A stretch of 64,000 nucleotides of DNA. Origin: Dudresnaya verticillata. Its lineage: Eukaryota. The stretch spans positions 62,001 to 126,000 of the forward strand of contig OZ374559.1 in assembly GCA_977862235.1 (NCBI GenBank), written 5' to 3'. Shown here in pieces: positions 22,224 through 35,106 of the stretch (position 1 is the stretch's first letter; each line of letters opens with the position of its first letter). The notes under the pieces were generated by a model. It saw nothing but the letters and a program-made list of their open reading frames with translations. It did no database searches and had not been told where the DNA came from. The position numbers were made by a program, and so were the translations under genes.

Positions 22224-23045
22224 ATGATGCACGCGGGGTTCTGGCATGACAGGGACCATGAACGCATCCTGGCACATCTCACTGCGCTGCTGGTGGCAAT
22301 GAAGCTTCATCTACGTGACAGTCGTGTCTTGTCCGAGCTGAGGGCGTTGCTGGATGAGCAGTACGTGCAGGTGTTCGAGGAGGACGTACGTGAGCTCCCT
22401 GTCCGATGCATGGACGTGCTGCTGGCCTATCTAGACTCTGTAGACGCTGTTGAGGAAACTGTTGTAGCGGAGGGGAATAGACCTATCTTTGTCACTGCGT
22501 TCACCATGCAAGCCAGTCTTTGGGAAGCAGACCGTGCGCTGTGGGAGTGCGTCGCGATGAAGGAGGCTCCCATCGCACCCGCGTTCACGCTGCACGTACG
22601 TGCGTTCGCGGCCATCTGTTTCGTCTTACCACATTTGGACGAGAGCGATGAAGCAGACTCTGAGGTTTGCTTATTTGATGCCCGCGCAGAGAGGCGCACA
22701 GAGCGCTCGCTGTTCACGCACCTTCTACTCTCTAGACCGTGGTTTGCACTCGTGCTGACATTTTCGTGGGCTTCGGTTGCTTACTCGCGCTTCGAACGGG
22801 CAGGCGGACTTTGGGAAGGGAGACTCCGCGCGGGATGTCACTCACTTGCAGCTAATGTTTACATCTTCTATCGCGACGATGCGATACATGCAAGAGATAA
22901 ACATTGCCTCCTTGGGCTGATTGCAGAAAAACCGCTGCTGCTGAAGGCTGAGCTACGCAACTCTCGAGACGTACGAGACGTCAGCGCTTTATTGACATCA
23001 ACGGACCTTGCAAGCATGTCTGGGGCCGATAAAATGACGTTATAG
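22224..23045 (+). CDS. Hypothetical protein (~273 aa)
   Basis: Uninterrupted ORF with protein-like composition and no recognised motif. Confidence 0.45.
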   Translation: MMHAGFWHDRDHERILAHLTALLVAMKLHLRDSRVLSELRALLDEQYVQVFEEDVRELPVRCMDVLLAYLDSVDAVEETVVAEGNRPIFVTAFTMQASLWEADRALWECVAMKEAPIAPAFTLHVRAFAAICFVLPHLDESDEADSEVCLFDARAERRTERSLFTHLLLSRPWFALVLTFSWASVAYSRFERAGGLWEGRLRAGCHSLAANVYIFYRDDAIHARDKHCLLGLIAEKPLLLKAELRNSRDVRDVSALLTSTDLASMSGADKMTL

Positions 23046-26000
23046 TGCGCTAGTGTGGTTCGCGCGTGGCTTACGCGTATTGTCCTCTACTCAGACAAGC
23101 TGCTGAATGCGGAGCAATCGCGCCCAGGAGGGCGTGGGGGAAGTCGTGTCTTCAAGAAGCTCACTCGCACGGCTTTTCAATTAACAATGGACGTGGTGCA
23201 ACCATCAATGAAGATGACTTATGCACGATTGAGCAATGGCCGATTTTGCGTAATTGTGGCAGATATGTTACACGAGCAGCCATTGCTGGTTTTGTCACAA
23301 CTGCAGACTGACAACAATATCATCAGAGGTCCTCACAACGCAGGCCGCACATACGCAGAGTCATCTGCCACGCAAGTTTCTGCTAGTACTGAGCGGGTGG
23401 CAGGAACGTAGCAAGCCTGCCTTTCCGTCCTTTGCGATAACAACTGCCATATTAGCCCGTTACTACGGGTTCAGAGCTGCCTACTATTGTATCCTGGCTG
23501 CGAGACTGTTTGTCAGTTTTAGTCGACTCAGGTGAACCGACGCAACCAAGGAAAGACTATGAAAGCCCCAGGCAGTCCGCGATATCACCTTTCTCTTGCA
23601 CAGTGCCCTCCTATTGATATTCTTGACTCCGGGCTTTTGGTGCTTCACTGGCGAATAGCGGTGCCAAGGCGCCTCAAAGGGCTGCAGCTCTACTGCATTA
23701 CACTCCAGCCAGCGCCTGAACCCCATGCTAGAAACAAAAGAGTGGAACAAGCTGCTCCAAGCCCTGGAGATCACGCTATAATCCGATCCGTCTCCTATAG
23801 TTGCGGCACTAGCCATTCACGAGCCCTTCTAGCTCGGTCATCCAAAGCACCTCATCTGCTCCCGCGCCTTTCTTCTCGCCACCTACATTCCCCCTCCCCT
23901 GCAGTACACCTTTCGCACCTTGCAAATATTCCCAACTGGTCTTGAAGTTAACCCCGCTGCGAAAATTCCACATAAGCGCCTCAATCCCATTTCGCAAACT
24001 ATCTAGCCCAGTGCCAAACCTCGCCTTCACCTCCTCAACTCCCGCCACGCTATCGCTGTGAATCTCCTGTGCGAACGCATCTGCCGAAGCGCAACAGTGT
24101 AAGTCCCATGCAGCACATCTCCCTTCCGCAACACTCGGTCCTTTGCCTGCATCAGCCTATCTACTCCATTCCGTCATCGTCAAGTCCGCCATGACCTGCC
24201 GCCGCGTACATCTCCCGAAGCACATGCTCCCATTCCACCGCTTCTGCGCAAAAACGAGCTTTCCACACGCACGCTGCGCTTCGTACCATGCCCACACCTC
24301 CCGGCATGCCGCCGTATGCCGCACACATGCGCAGTGCACCCACAAGGTCCCTCCCGAGCCCTTGTCCGACATATGCACCGCCCTCTTCCCGCCTGCTCCG
24401 CACGGCTACGGCATCGCGCCCTCGCACAGCAGCAAGCTGGTGCGCAACGCGCGCTACAAGCGCGAGGTCGGCCAAAGTGGATCGAAAGCCTTTCGAGCCG
24501 GCCGAGAGGAGGAAGACCAGCTCCGGGTAGGCGGGATGAAGCAGGGCGCCCTCGAGCTTGAGGATGGTGAGCCGGCGGAGGGCGTCGAATAGGGAGCGGG
24601 TCTTGCGCGTGAGAGTGATTGCGAGGCGTGCTGCGGGGTACGCTAACCCGCGGCGAATTGCTTTCTGCAGCACAGAGCGCAGGATGGAGTGCGGCAGACG
24701 CGACGCGGGGCTTCCCCCGCTTCAGCGAGGCGTTGTGTGCAGTTGCCCGTCCCCAACTACACTGACCTCTCACCGAATGCACAACACAACTATTCTGTCA
24801 GCGTAGGAAAGAAATCGAGGTACATGGACCAGGGCTCACTCCCGGCAATTCATACAGAAGTTCCCATTGCGCGTTCCCGGTCACGAAACAGCGCAAGCGG
24901 CTTGTTATGTGCGGCAGCCAGAGCCGTTTCACCAACCAGCAGGCCTATTCCTGCTAGAGCATCACGTGGCGGAGAAACTTGCGCCGGTGAAGGCAACACC
25001 CGGCTTTGGCCCAGAGAGATCTGTGTTGCATACGCGTTGACTTGAGAATGCTTCGCAGTAACGCGCATGACAATGGTGTTTCGTCCGGCAAATTGCGTAG
25101 CGCTGATCTGGCTCATGCCGTAGTGCTATGGCGGAGGGCTGCTGCCGCTGTAGTCCATTCGAGTTGGAGTACAGTGCTGGTCGCTGGTCATCAAGACGGC
25201 TGCGTCACGGGTTGGTTTGGTTTGGTTTGTAGGCGACTGCTGCACACCAGCCCTATACGGACCGAGTGCTCGTGAGACGAGGCGGTGCCTGCACCGCGCG
25301 CGCACCTGCCACCGCATCGCGAACCACGCTTCAGCACGAGCGTCTGACGCTCTATATCATTCGCCAGCCCATGCGCCGAATAGATTTGTCGCTGTGCCAA
25401 GACCTGTTTGGCCTTCGTGTGCGTCCTAACACCCACTTCCTCATCGTCGTTATTGCCCAGTTGCCCCCTCTCGCCTTTCGAGATAACATAGATAGCCGGC
25501 CTACACTCAGTCCTGCGTTCACCCTACCGCTGGACACACTCACTCGCTCCCCGTGTCATCTATCCGACAGCTCGCTGTCTGGCTGTCACCTGCTCACTTC
25601 CGCGCCCTCTTCCACTCTTGCCCATTTAACGAAGCAGCCTGTTGTCAAGCTGTCAGTGTCCAACAATCCGCGCTCTTCGGAACGGCGTCATCGGCAACTG
25701 CATACAGAAACCCTTTGGACGAGAATAGGGTACTGCAGCGGGGTATACATCTAGTACAGGAAAGGGCCTTAATGCCCCCATCCATTCCCGAATCCCTGTC
25801 CACAACAGTAGATGTCAACGCTCATTCTCATTCCAAACTGTTCTAAAACTTAACAGCCGATGCTGAGTGCGAGTTGGACTACATGCACAGCACAGCGACA
25901 GGAGGCGGAGCAGCCGATATGCTGCATGGCACCGCAGCCGCTAGCGTATCCGTAGTTCTGAACGCGAATATGCGCCATGCCCTACACCGTCACGTGATCA

Positions 26001-26952
26001 TTCCTATCTTGCTCCCGCAGGACACCAATACGCTGCGGTACGGTAAGCCATAAATCAGCGGGGTCAGGTAAGTTCTGGCAATTATCCGTACGCTAAGAGG
26101 AAGCCACGGGGGCAGTAGCCAGAGCAGTTGCGGTTGATTCAACACGCAGTACATCCAATTCACTCGAAACCTTCCCAGGTCCCTCGCGCGGGGTCGAATG
26201 CATCGTCTGGCCGTCTTATGGCACCCTGCATTACTCGAGAGGCTACTCGGGCATAGCACACTGCTGACCCGGTTTCGAAAGTTGAGAACGCGTTATTAGT
26301 TTCACTTCTTCTTCGCCCTCTTCCACACTTGGTCCTTTAACGCAGAAGCATGTCGCCAAGCGCGTACGGTGCAGCATTCCGCGCGCTTCACAACGGCGCC
26401 CGTGGCAACTGCAAAGCAACCATCGCGTTGATGAAACTGTCATTGTATGTCATAAACATGGCGCCACAGTGAGAGTAACTGCGCGTTCCACGTACGGTAG
26501 GACACCTGATCCCGTCGCGGCAACATCGTAGCTGCAATTCGTTTCATGTCCTATTGCTGCATATCAAACCCCGTTACAAAATGCGAGCTGCGTAAGGTGT
26601 CAATTGTTCCATCAGCTTGCATCTTGAGTAGCCAACTACGGCTGCTGGTCAGTTCACTGTAGGGCTGCCACCTGATCGTCCTGCCAACCTCTTTGGCACA
26701 ACATGCCTCTGTCGCAGCAATATTGTGTTTGCAATGCACTTGATGTCCGATTGCGGTAGATCGAATGGCATTACGAAAGGCGAGGTGCGTAACGTTTCAA
26801 TTGTTCCACCAGATTGCAATCTGCACATGAGACGCTGGGCCATTTCGGAAGAGGGCATGAGAAGAACTTTCAGCAAGGCGCAGAAAGACTTGTTGTTGAT
26901 TAGTAAGCTCATGCAGCAAGGAGCGGTGAGAACGTTGTCAACTCGAGCAACT

Positions 26953-27087
26953 CCAGGCACAAGTGCCGGAGAGTTGCTCAATTTGCAGGCGGCGCAGTTC
27001 ACCACGCATAGTGTTAGACCAGGCACAAGTGCCGGGGAGGTGCTCAATTTGCAGGCTGCGCAATTCACCACGCATAGTGTTAGACCC
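26953..27087. repeat. 66-bp tandem duplication
   Basis: ccaggcacaagtgccgg...catagtgttaga occurs twice. Confidence 0.85.
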
Positions 27088-28001
27088 TGAAACTCGCCGT
27101 CGGGAGGCAGGCCTGCCCTTTCCGGTTCAATGTATTGGTAGGTGCCACGGGTATGAAATCTGCTTTCACATACAGTTTCGACACCACTGGCGGGAGAAAG
27201 CCGAAGCCCACGCAGCAAACCAAGCTCCCACACTGCTAAACCAAGCTATTCGACGCCCTTCCCAAAAGGCGACAAACGGCTTTGCCACGGTCTCGTCATG
27301 CAGCAGAGCCGTCAGACGGTTTCACACAGCCAGATTCGCTGCAATCTTGACCAGCCCCAGTGCGGCTGCGTTGCCCATCGGTAGCGATGCGTGGGAGTAT
27401 TTCTGGACTGGGGCGGGATTTGGTCGCGGCACAACAGCGCCGCTCCAGCGACCCGCAACGGCGGCGACGATGTGCGGGCATCGTCGCGGGTGTCAGGTGG
27501 AGTTGGGAGCGTGGTGCGCAGGGGGGTTGTGCAGTGCACTTGACGGCGGTGACCGTTGCAGATCTTGAGGCAGCCGGGCGTGGTGCGCAGGGACAACAAC
27601 ACGTGTATGCAGCGGTCGTTGGAGGTGCGGGTGCTGCAGTCCGTTTCGAAACTTTACAACTTTTCTGAACATATTGTAGCTTGCCCTAAACGATCGGAGA
27701 TCAGTACTAAAATGCGACGCCGGTAGGAGACTCCTCTCCACCCTACTATCGACTGCGCGCGGAAACCAACCTCTACCCTCGCACTACCCTCACTCTCACC
27801 TCGCACTACCCAAGCTCCAACCTCAACCTACCCTGCTTCTTCTAACCTCGCGCTTTCCACCCCACTCTGGCGCGATCGACCCATCCTAGCGCGCGCGACC
27901 AACGTCCCTTTACCATTACCGCTTGCACCGTACGTCCGCGCGTTTTGCATTCCATCTTCCCCGACGACGGCGATATTACGATCACTCGCAACTGGCGCGC
28001 T

Positions 28002-28090
28002 CTGGTATTCGTGTTACGCTTGTTATCGTGTCAACACGTGCACACGGTGTGCACGTGTTGACACGAGAATGCGCGTAACACGAATACCAG
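28002..28090. repeat. 89-bp near-perfect palindrome (18-6-20-1-20-6-18)
   Basis: ctggtattcgtgttacgc / gcgtaacacgaataccag and tcgtgtcaacacgtgcacac / gtgtgcacgtgttgacacga are exact reverse complements. Confidence 0.95.
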
Positions 28091-28127
28091 GGTTGCCACG
28101 TGGACACGTATGCCTTGCATGCTTTCC

Positions 28128-28401
28128 GGAACCGTTTGCTGTTCTGCTTCCGCAGAAGCAGTAGAAGCACCGTGACAGCTTCCACAGTCGCGTCCCTGCG
28201 CGTCCCGCGGAAGCCGTCGCAACTCCACTACTCCTTCCGCAACGGATGCTTGCCTTGCCTCCACCTACTAACAGCTACCATCTGACCGCGGAAACAGTTG
28301 CCTATCTACATCTTTTTTCGCAACCATTAACTGTCATCTGCGCATTTGCTAACACTCCCAGTCTGTCTGCGGAGCCCGTCGCAAACCTATAACTGCTTCC
28401 G
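28128..28401. repeat. Dyad cluster D (4-5 degenerate copies) downstream of the YR-RecQ gene
   Basis: For example GGAAGCCGTCG-CAACTCCA-CTACTCCTTCC and GGAGCCCGTCG-CAAACCTA-TAACTGCTTCC. Confidence 0.65.
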
Positions 28402-28649
28402 CTGCATTCTCTCACTTCTCTAGCGCCTCGCGTCTTTCCGCAGATTCCGCAGCCGCCTCCACCATTGGTATCTTATACAACCTCCTTCTCCACCACCTCC
28501 TGCTCACCGTCCCGCGCTGCAACTTCGTTGCAGTTATTTACCCACTCCCGCGTCAAAAACTAACAATCATTCCTTTACTTCTATTCTCGCTTCACTTTAC
28601 ATATTCAAGGGACACACAGGTACGTGCTGGAGTCGCGTTCTTCACATTT

Positions 28650-31600
28650 CTACAACCCAAAAACCTCCACAGCATAGCGACAAAACTCTAGAATTCCGGG
28701 GCACCATCCCGGTTTGTCTACGAGAAGTTCCTCGCAAAACTGTTGCAGTCCTGTGCATCTCCTGAATCTCTGCATTCCCGTATGCTTCTTCATCTCCTCC
28801 CTCCACCGCTGGTTGTTCCACATCATCAGGGCCAGTTGCACAGGCCTATAGAAGGGACACCGCTCCAAAGATCCATACTCGTTCTGCCCCCGCAGTGGAC
28901 TACCGCTACCTACATGTGTCTTCTTCGAACCAAAGGTCTTCATCGAACATTCAGAACACCTGTTCGAAAAGAGCCCCCTCTTCGACTTCCAAGGCCGCAT
29001 CCCGCACTGTGTGGCCCTGTGCCCTGACTTCATGCAGCGAAAGCACAGTCCAAAGCTACAGACTCTGCAATGCTCCTTCGACTTCACCGCTTCAAGTCCG
29101 GCTGCATCCCCGGGTCTCGAACGCCCCCAGCACGGCGCGCATACCGTTCCCAGCTTCATCGAGAGATCCCGTAATTCTTCCACCGCATCCATCGCTCGCC
29201 GTCCGAACAGCAGCCACCACGCTGTCCTCCGGAGTACACTGTACGTCCAGACTCAACTCAGGTGCAGCTTGCAGCTGATTGCCCCCGCCCTCAGCTGGCA
29301 ACAGCTCCCCACTCGAATCACTGTCGTCGGTATCTCCCGCCAGCTTCTCCAGGTGTATCTGCGTCGGACTCGCATACACACCCCCGGTCGAGGCCAAGAG
29401 TACCGACGAGGCCTCCTCCAGGACTGGAGCAGGCTTGGCACATACATCGCACAACTGTACGGTCTCGTCTGGCAGTGTGGTCACACGCTCCGTACAGTTG
29501 CTCGGTACCTCCGGGCATCCCAGGTATTGCTCGATGGCCACACTTCGACACCGCCCCGTTTCTTCGGCCCATCTCTGGAATCGCTTAAGAGCCATCAGAC
29601 CCTCCGTGTCCCTTACATTTGCACGGTCCCCAAACTCACGGTGGTACAGTACACTCACAACCCCGCTCTTTCCATCCCTTCCAACCCGCCCGGCAACTTG
29701 GTACAGCTCCAACAGTGAACGGGTGCTCCCAACAATCACTGTCTTTGACACGTCAGGAGCATCAATTCCCGTCCCAAACCCTTCCGTAGCAATCATCACG
29801 CAAACGGTAAGCTCCCCCGCCCTCCCCCACTTCCACTGGGACACACTCCGCCGCCGCGCAGTATCATTCATCCCACTGTGATACTTCGATATCACAACCC
29901 TCCGGGATGCTTTAAACTCTCTCCTCGCGCAAAGGGCTGCATGCATATCATCCGCTTCACCCTTAGTAAGTACACACACCAGAACCTTCCCCCCCGCGCG
30001 CTCGGAAAAGGCCAGGCGTACCCCTGCCATCACACTGTCATTAACACACCCCATCACTTCTTCATCCTCCGCACTGGACAGCAGGTGCACACTGTACAGT
30101 ACATTGTTCCGCCGCATGCTTCCACGAACAACCTCCGTGTCCCCAACATTCGCACCACAGGCAGCAATTATCCTGTTCCCCATATGCACCGGGGCTGTGG
30201 CTGTCATCATTATCAGAGGGACACGCACGCGAGCCGGTCTCGCGTGACGCATCCGTAACATGCACTCCCGATAGTGCGCGCTCAATAGGATAATGTGAGC
30301 CTCATCCACAACAACCCTCATCAACTTCTTGTTCTTGTGCAACACGCGCAGAGCAGCCTTGTATTTCGCCAAAGACACATGCTCTGGCGCGGCCAGGATT
30401 ATACCTTTGCCGAATATTTCCATCTGTTCGTGATCATGGACGTCTTCGAAATCCAAAACGGGCAGCATGATGCTGTCGCACCGCTCTCTGATCTCCTCAC
30501 GCAACACACGAAGGGGGCATATGAAAACAGTCACCCCTTCCTCGCGCAATGCGGGCCCAAAAATAACCGCAGTCTTGCCAGCCCCCGTCCGAAGTACAAT
30601 TAACGCGCCCCTCTCCCTCCTGACAACAACCCTCATTGCATCCTTCTGTTTCTCACTCCTGAACTCAGCCTCAGGATCTCCAACCGCTTCCTGGAGACAC
30701 TCAACCAAACTCCATCGGGTCCCAGGTGACACGTCTTCATCAGACGACGAATACTCTCCCCTCTCACTTTCCAGCCTCTCCTTCTCATTAATTTGACGAA
30801 CGTCCTGTTCGTAAACATCCATTCTCTTTCCGATATCGGAAAGAAACCCGACCAGCTTGCTTAAGAGCTCAGGGTCCCCCGCCTTCGGCTTCCCATCCCT
30901 CTCCTCACCCTCACTCCGTCGAAGACCATGAACGCCCTTCTCCGCAGCAGCAGCATTCACTGCGTTCACACCATCCCCCCCGCTCTGCCCCCGTCCCTCC
31001 CCTCTCTCTCCTTCCCACGCCACCCCTTCACTCACGCCCACGGTCACCGCGTTCACATCCCTTGTCCCCGCCGCCGCACCCCGTTCTTCCGTTCTCTCTC
31101 CTTGCGACCCAGGCACTTCACTCGGGCCTGCTGCGCACCTCCCCCTCCGCCTCCGTCGGCGCAAGAACATCTCCTCCTCCATCACTGCGAATTTGAGCTT
31201 CCGACGCTTCCCGGTACCTTCCATGACTTCCGCATCCGCGGCCCATCGAACCCTCTTCTTCCCTCTCTCTTCACGGTTGCCGCCGCTGTGCGTGCCACTA
31301 GCACCACCGGCTGTATCCACCAATACCCTCACATCCCCCTCCTGCAGATCTACAGCACCTCTTTCAGTGCGCGACGGCGGTCGAGGGACAACTTCTCGCA
31401 TTCCCTCTGTCCCATTCCCGCTTTCAGCCTCCCCATCACCCTCCAAACGACCCATTTCCGCTCGGGGCACCTGTCCCGCAAAGCTCGGAGAGCCTGGCGG
31501 CAGTTGCAATTCCACATCTGCATCCGGCTCGCTCCCACCATTCCGAGATCCGAGGGACTCCAGCAGCTCCGGAAGCAGTTCCAAATCAATATGTGCTTCC

Positions 31601-34600
31601 GGGTCGCTCCCACCATTTCGAGATCCAAAGGACTCCGGGAGCTCCGGAAGAAGTTCCAAGCCGATATCTGCTTCCGGATCGCTCCCAGCATTCCTAGATC
31701 CGATCAAACCCGGAAGCAGTCGCAACCGATCTTCTGCTTCCAGCTCGCTTCCATCCCTGCTCACTCCCATTTCATCTTCCATCGCTTCCCCAAACAGTTG
31801 CCTCCTGACCCCGCCACCTCGCCCCGATTTCTTCTCCTGTTTGCGCCCTTCGGCCTCCGACTCACGCTCCTTCCGACTTCCGCCGACACTTCCCGGAAGC
31901 ACTCGCAACCCGGCAACGACTTCCGCAACGGAAATGCTTCCACACTCCACTCCTCCCCCGCTCGCTCCCCCCAACAACTGCCGTCGAACCCCCAAGGGCC
32001 CGACCGCTTCCTCCCTTCGTCTTCCACAATCCGTACCCGAGGCCTTTCCACTTCCTCCAAAGTCCTCGCCCTCCTCCTCGTCGGCCACAATTTCATTCCA
32101 GTCGACGTTGCTCGCCAACCCACAGTCGAGGAGCCACCCATCTGAAGCTCGCTTGAAATTCTTCATTCTTCGGTCGTCGATTTGCCCCCCTCCGGCAATG
32201 TTCGGTGCGCATGCCCCATACAGCGTCCGAGCCACCTCCATCGAATGCGCTCCCTGCACCTGCAGCACATTCCCGACAGCCCCGCCGCGCATCGCTTCCT
32301 CCTCCGATTGTTCCTGCGGAGTATTGCTCAACACCCTCGCTACAACCCGAAAGTCAGCATCCTGGTTCGCCTTGTCATTGGCATACCCGCCAAACCACTG
32401 CCGATGCATTTCGGCACTGTAATCTTCGGGCAACCCAAATTTCCTCCACATGATGGAGGCCATTTGCAAGCACCCGTTTCGAGCGCTCTCAGTGGGCATC
32501 AAGTAATCGTAAGCACCGTCTTGATCCACATCTTGGACCCTTCCTGACCCTCCCCGTTGCAGATGCCGGGACAGCGCCAGGCGCAAGTCCATACCGACAA
32601 GAATCATCACCTTGAGAAGATTGCTTGTCACCACATCCGGGTGCTTACTGATCACCCGCATCTTCCCTCTCTTCATGTTCCTGGTCTTGTCGTATGTCGG
32701 AATAACGGCGACCCGAGGTCCACCGGGAAACTGTATTCCTCGCGGTCCACTTGCCGTGTTCCTCACAGCCAAAAAACCCAGCTCCGGACCCCGGCACACA
32801 TTGCCTCCAGACAAGTGCATGCAGGCCACAACAAGCACATTGAACTTCCTTATAACAGACAGCATCTCCCTCGCCCGCTTGTCGAAAGCTCCGTCAGAAA
32901 GATGATCCATCTTCCTCACTGCCTCACCCACCAAATCTCGGCATTCCCGAGCAATATCCCCATTCCGTTCATCGGCCATGAACCCGTACGGGACCAGCTT
33001 CCTCGTCGTGTGGTCCACAATCTGGGACAGTCGCCCCTGAAAGTTCGTTGGCATCTCGACCCCTCCCAGAATACCATCCGCTCCAAACATCAGCCGCACC
33101 GCCTCTTTTTGCATCTTCTTCACGCAATGGCCAATCTCCTTCGGACTCATGTGCAGCCCCTCCACATATCCACAACACAACCCGTCGTGTTTCAGGTCTT
33201 CGCAAGGCATCCACGTGTTCCTCGCATACTCCTCATTTCGAAACCTTCGCGCCTGCAAACAAAGAGACTGGAGAAAGTGAATTCCAAGACTCCCGCCAGC
33301 CTGATGCCTCACTTCCACCCTGGCCAACTCTTCTTCACTCGTACCCTCCTCCGGGCTGCATATGTCCATCAACGCACAGCAAGAGCTCGCATACGCAAGC
33401 GCAGCAAGAACCGGGGACACATCCCTCCCTTGCGAGAAAGTAACACCCCTCCCTGCCCGCTTCACGCCGAGACAGGTTGTCAGGACATGGGCAGCGCAGA
33501 AGCGACTACCCTCATCCACGCTTACCTTCTCGTATAGCAAAGCCCTCAAGAGGCGGTGCATTGCTCGGACAGCTTCAGACCTCTTCCCCGGAACCGGTCG
33601 CAATTCGACATCTGCTTCCGCGTCCCGGTTCTTCTCCTCCAGGTACACAACCATCACCTTCGCACAAGCATCCCGTACTTCTTCACTACCGATCAACCCT
33701 TTCGCAGATTCAGGCCCATCCGTCATCCGCAAAAGACCCAGTGCCACACCTGCCACCGATGACGCATACCTCTTCCTCGATTGCTTCTGCACAAGCACAA
33801 ATTCTTTCTTGTCCGTCCTGTTCGCACCTGGCGGAGCTCGACAGCCAGCAACACTCTGGCCATGGACATATTTGGCCTTCCAAAGCACAGCCGCCCAGCC
33901 TCGAACAGCGAAAGAACAGTCTTCGCCAACCACTTTTTGAGATCCACCTCATCGGCTCCACAAACCATCACCCCCCCGCTCGCTTCCCCACACAGCTTCG
34001 CGGCCTCCTCCATGGACATTTTGAGCTGTTCAAGCTTCAAGTCCAGCCTCGTTGCACTCGCAAACCCTCCCATCTTCCTCACATCCTTTTCCACAGGCTC
34101 TTCCACTTCGACTCTTTCCTTCTCGACCTTCTTGAGCTCCTGCAGAAGACGTCGAACATTTGAAGTTCCCTGCCCACTTGCTTGCCCACCTCCACTAGCG
34201 TGAGTATTGCCCTCTACCTCGTCCTTGATAACAAACGGGTTTCCCACTGCGTTGGATTTGAACAGTTTCTGGCACTTCATGACCCCAAGTCTCTTCATCT
34301 CTGTGAGGGTAATCTTCTTTCCAGAAGACCTGTGCATTTCGAAATGCTTCTTCATCGACTCGGGAGAGGACGACATGAATGCCCACTCCGAGCAGGGAAC
34401 ACATTGCAACACCTTCAGAAACGGAATACGGCGCACACTGCAACGAGACATTTCTGGCGCACAAGTTCCTATGTACGCTCCGTACTCTTCTTCCGAGCAG
34501 CTCTTCACAATCCCGTCCTTCACGGTCTTCCATGCCTTGAAAATGTCGTTGGATTCCAAGCGACTGATTCTCCTACCCGGCTGGCACTTCTGTATATGCC

Positions 34601-34754
34601 TGAACAGGTTGTCAGCACCGCGCGCTCCAAAGAACACGGCATGTCGACACACACCGCATCCAAGCTCAGCAACCTCGGGAATCAGATGCAAGTTGTACTC
34701 AGCCAGCTTGGAAACCGCCGATTGAACAACCTCAATACGGTCAACTGAACCCAT
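28650..34754 (-). CDS. Zn-finger / tyrosine-recombinase-like / RecQ helicase / CCHC fusion resembling telomere-linked helicases, split by two frameshifts (~33836 and ~29190-29250)
   Basis: RecQ motifs: TGAGKT, PLRVL, DEAH, TAT, YHSGM, ATEGFGTGIDAPDV, QVAGRVGRDG and RQC CR...C...CDVC. YR-like motifs: SGGNVCRGPEL, YDK, MHRQ and GAHS...LYG. N-terminal CGVC...HIQKC and CVPC...HFEMH; C-terminal CFRCMKSGHRATQC. Confidence 0.85.
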
Positions 34755-34877
34755 GTCGTAATGCGGGGTCACCACAGCTTCCTCAACGTCACAAACCTCT
34801 CGTTCGATGAAAAAAGCTGCATATGTCGGAAAATGTGATTCAGGTTAGCGTACTGAGTATGCTTCCGTAGCAGTTCG

Positions 34878-35106
34878 GTGGAACACATCGCGAGTTCGCG
34901 ACTGCTTCCGGCGGAAGAAGTCGCGAGGTCGCGACTGCTTCCGGCGGAAGAAATCGCGAGGTCGCGACTGCTTCCGGCGGAAGAAATCGCGAGGTCGCGA
35001 CTGCTTCCGGACCCCCAACCGAGAGGTCTCCGGAAGCTGTCGCAAACCCGCAACTGCTTCCGCAGAGAGCTCCCCGGAAACAGTAGCTTACATTCCACTG
35101 CTTCCA
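34878..35106. repeat. Dyad cluster E (6 copies, four in a 33-bp tandem) upstream of the YR-RecQ gene
   Basis: cggaagaaatcg-cgaggtcg-cgactgcttccg tandem, plus cggaagctgtcg-caaacccg-caactgcttccg. Confidence 0.9.

Noticed and set aside
23809..24378. Two same-frame minus-strand ORFs separated by one stop
   Set aside because: Possibly a decayed gene, but short and without a recognisable motif.
26551..27233. Repeated peptide GTI-x-TLR-x-S-x-FV-x-x-FD in two small ORFs
   Set aside because: Suggests an old duplicated coding remnant, but too fragmentary to call.
30928..33537. Long + strand ORFs opposite the YR-RecQ gene
   Set aside because: Antisense shadows of a GC-rich coding strand with no motifs.
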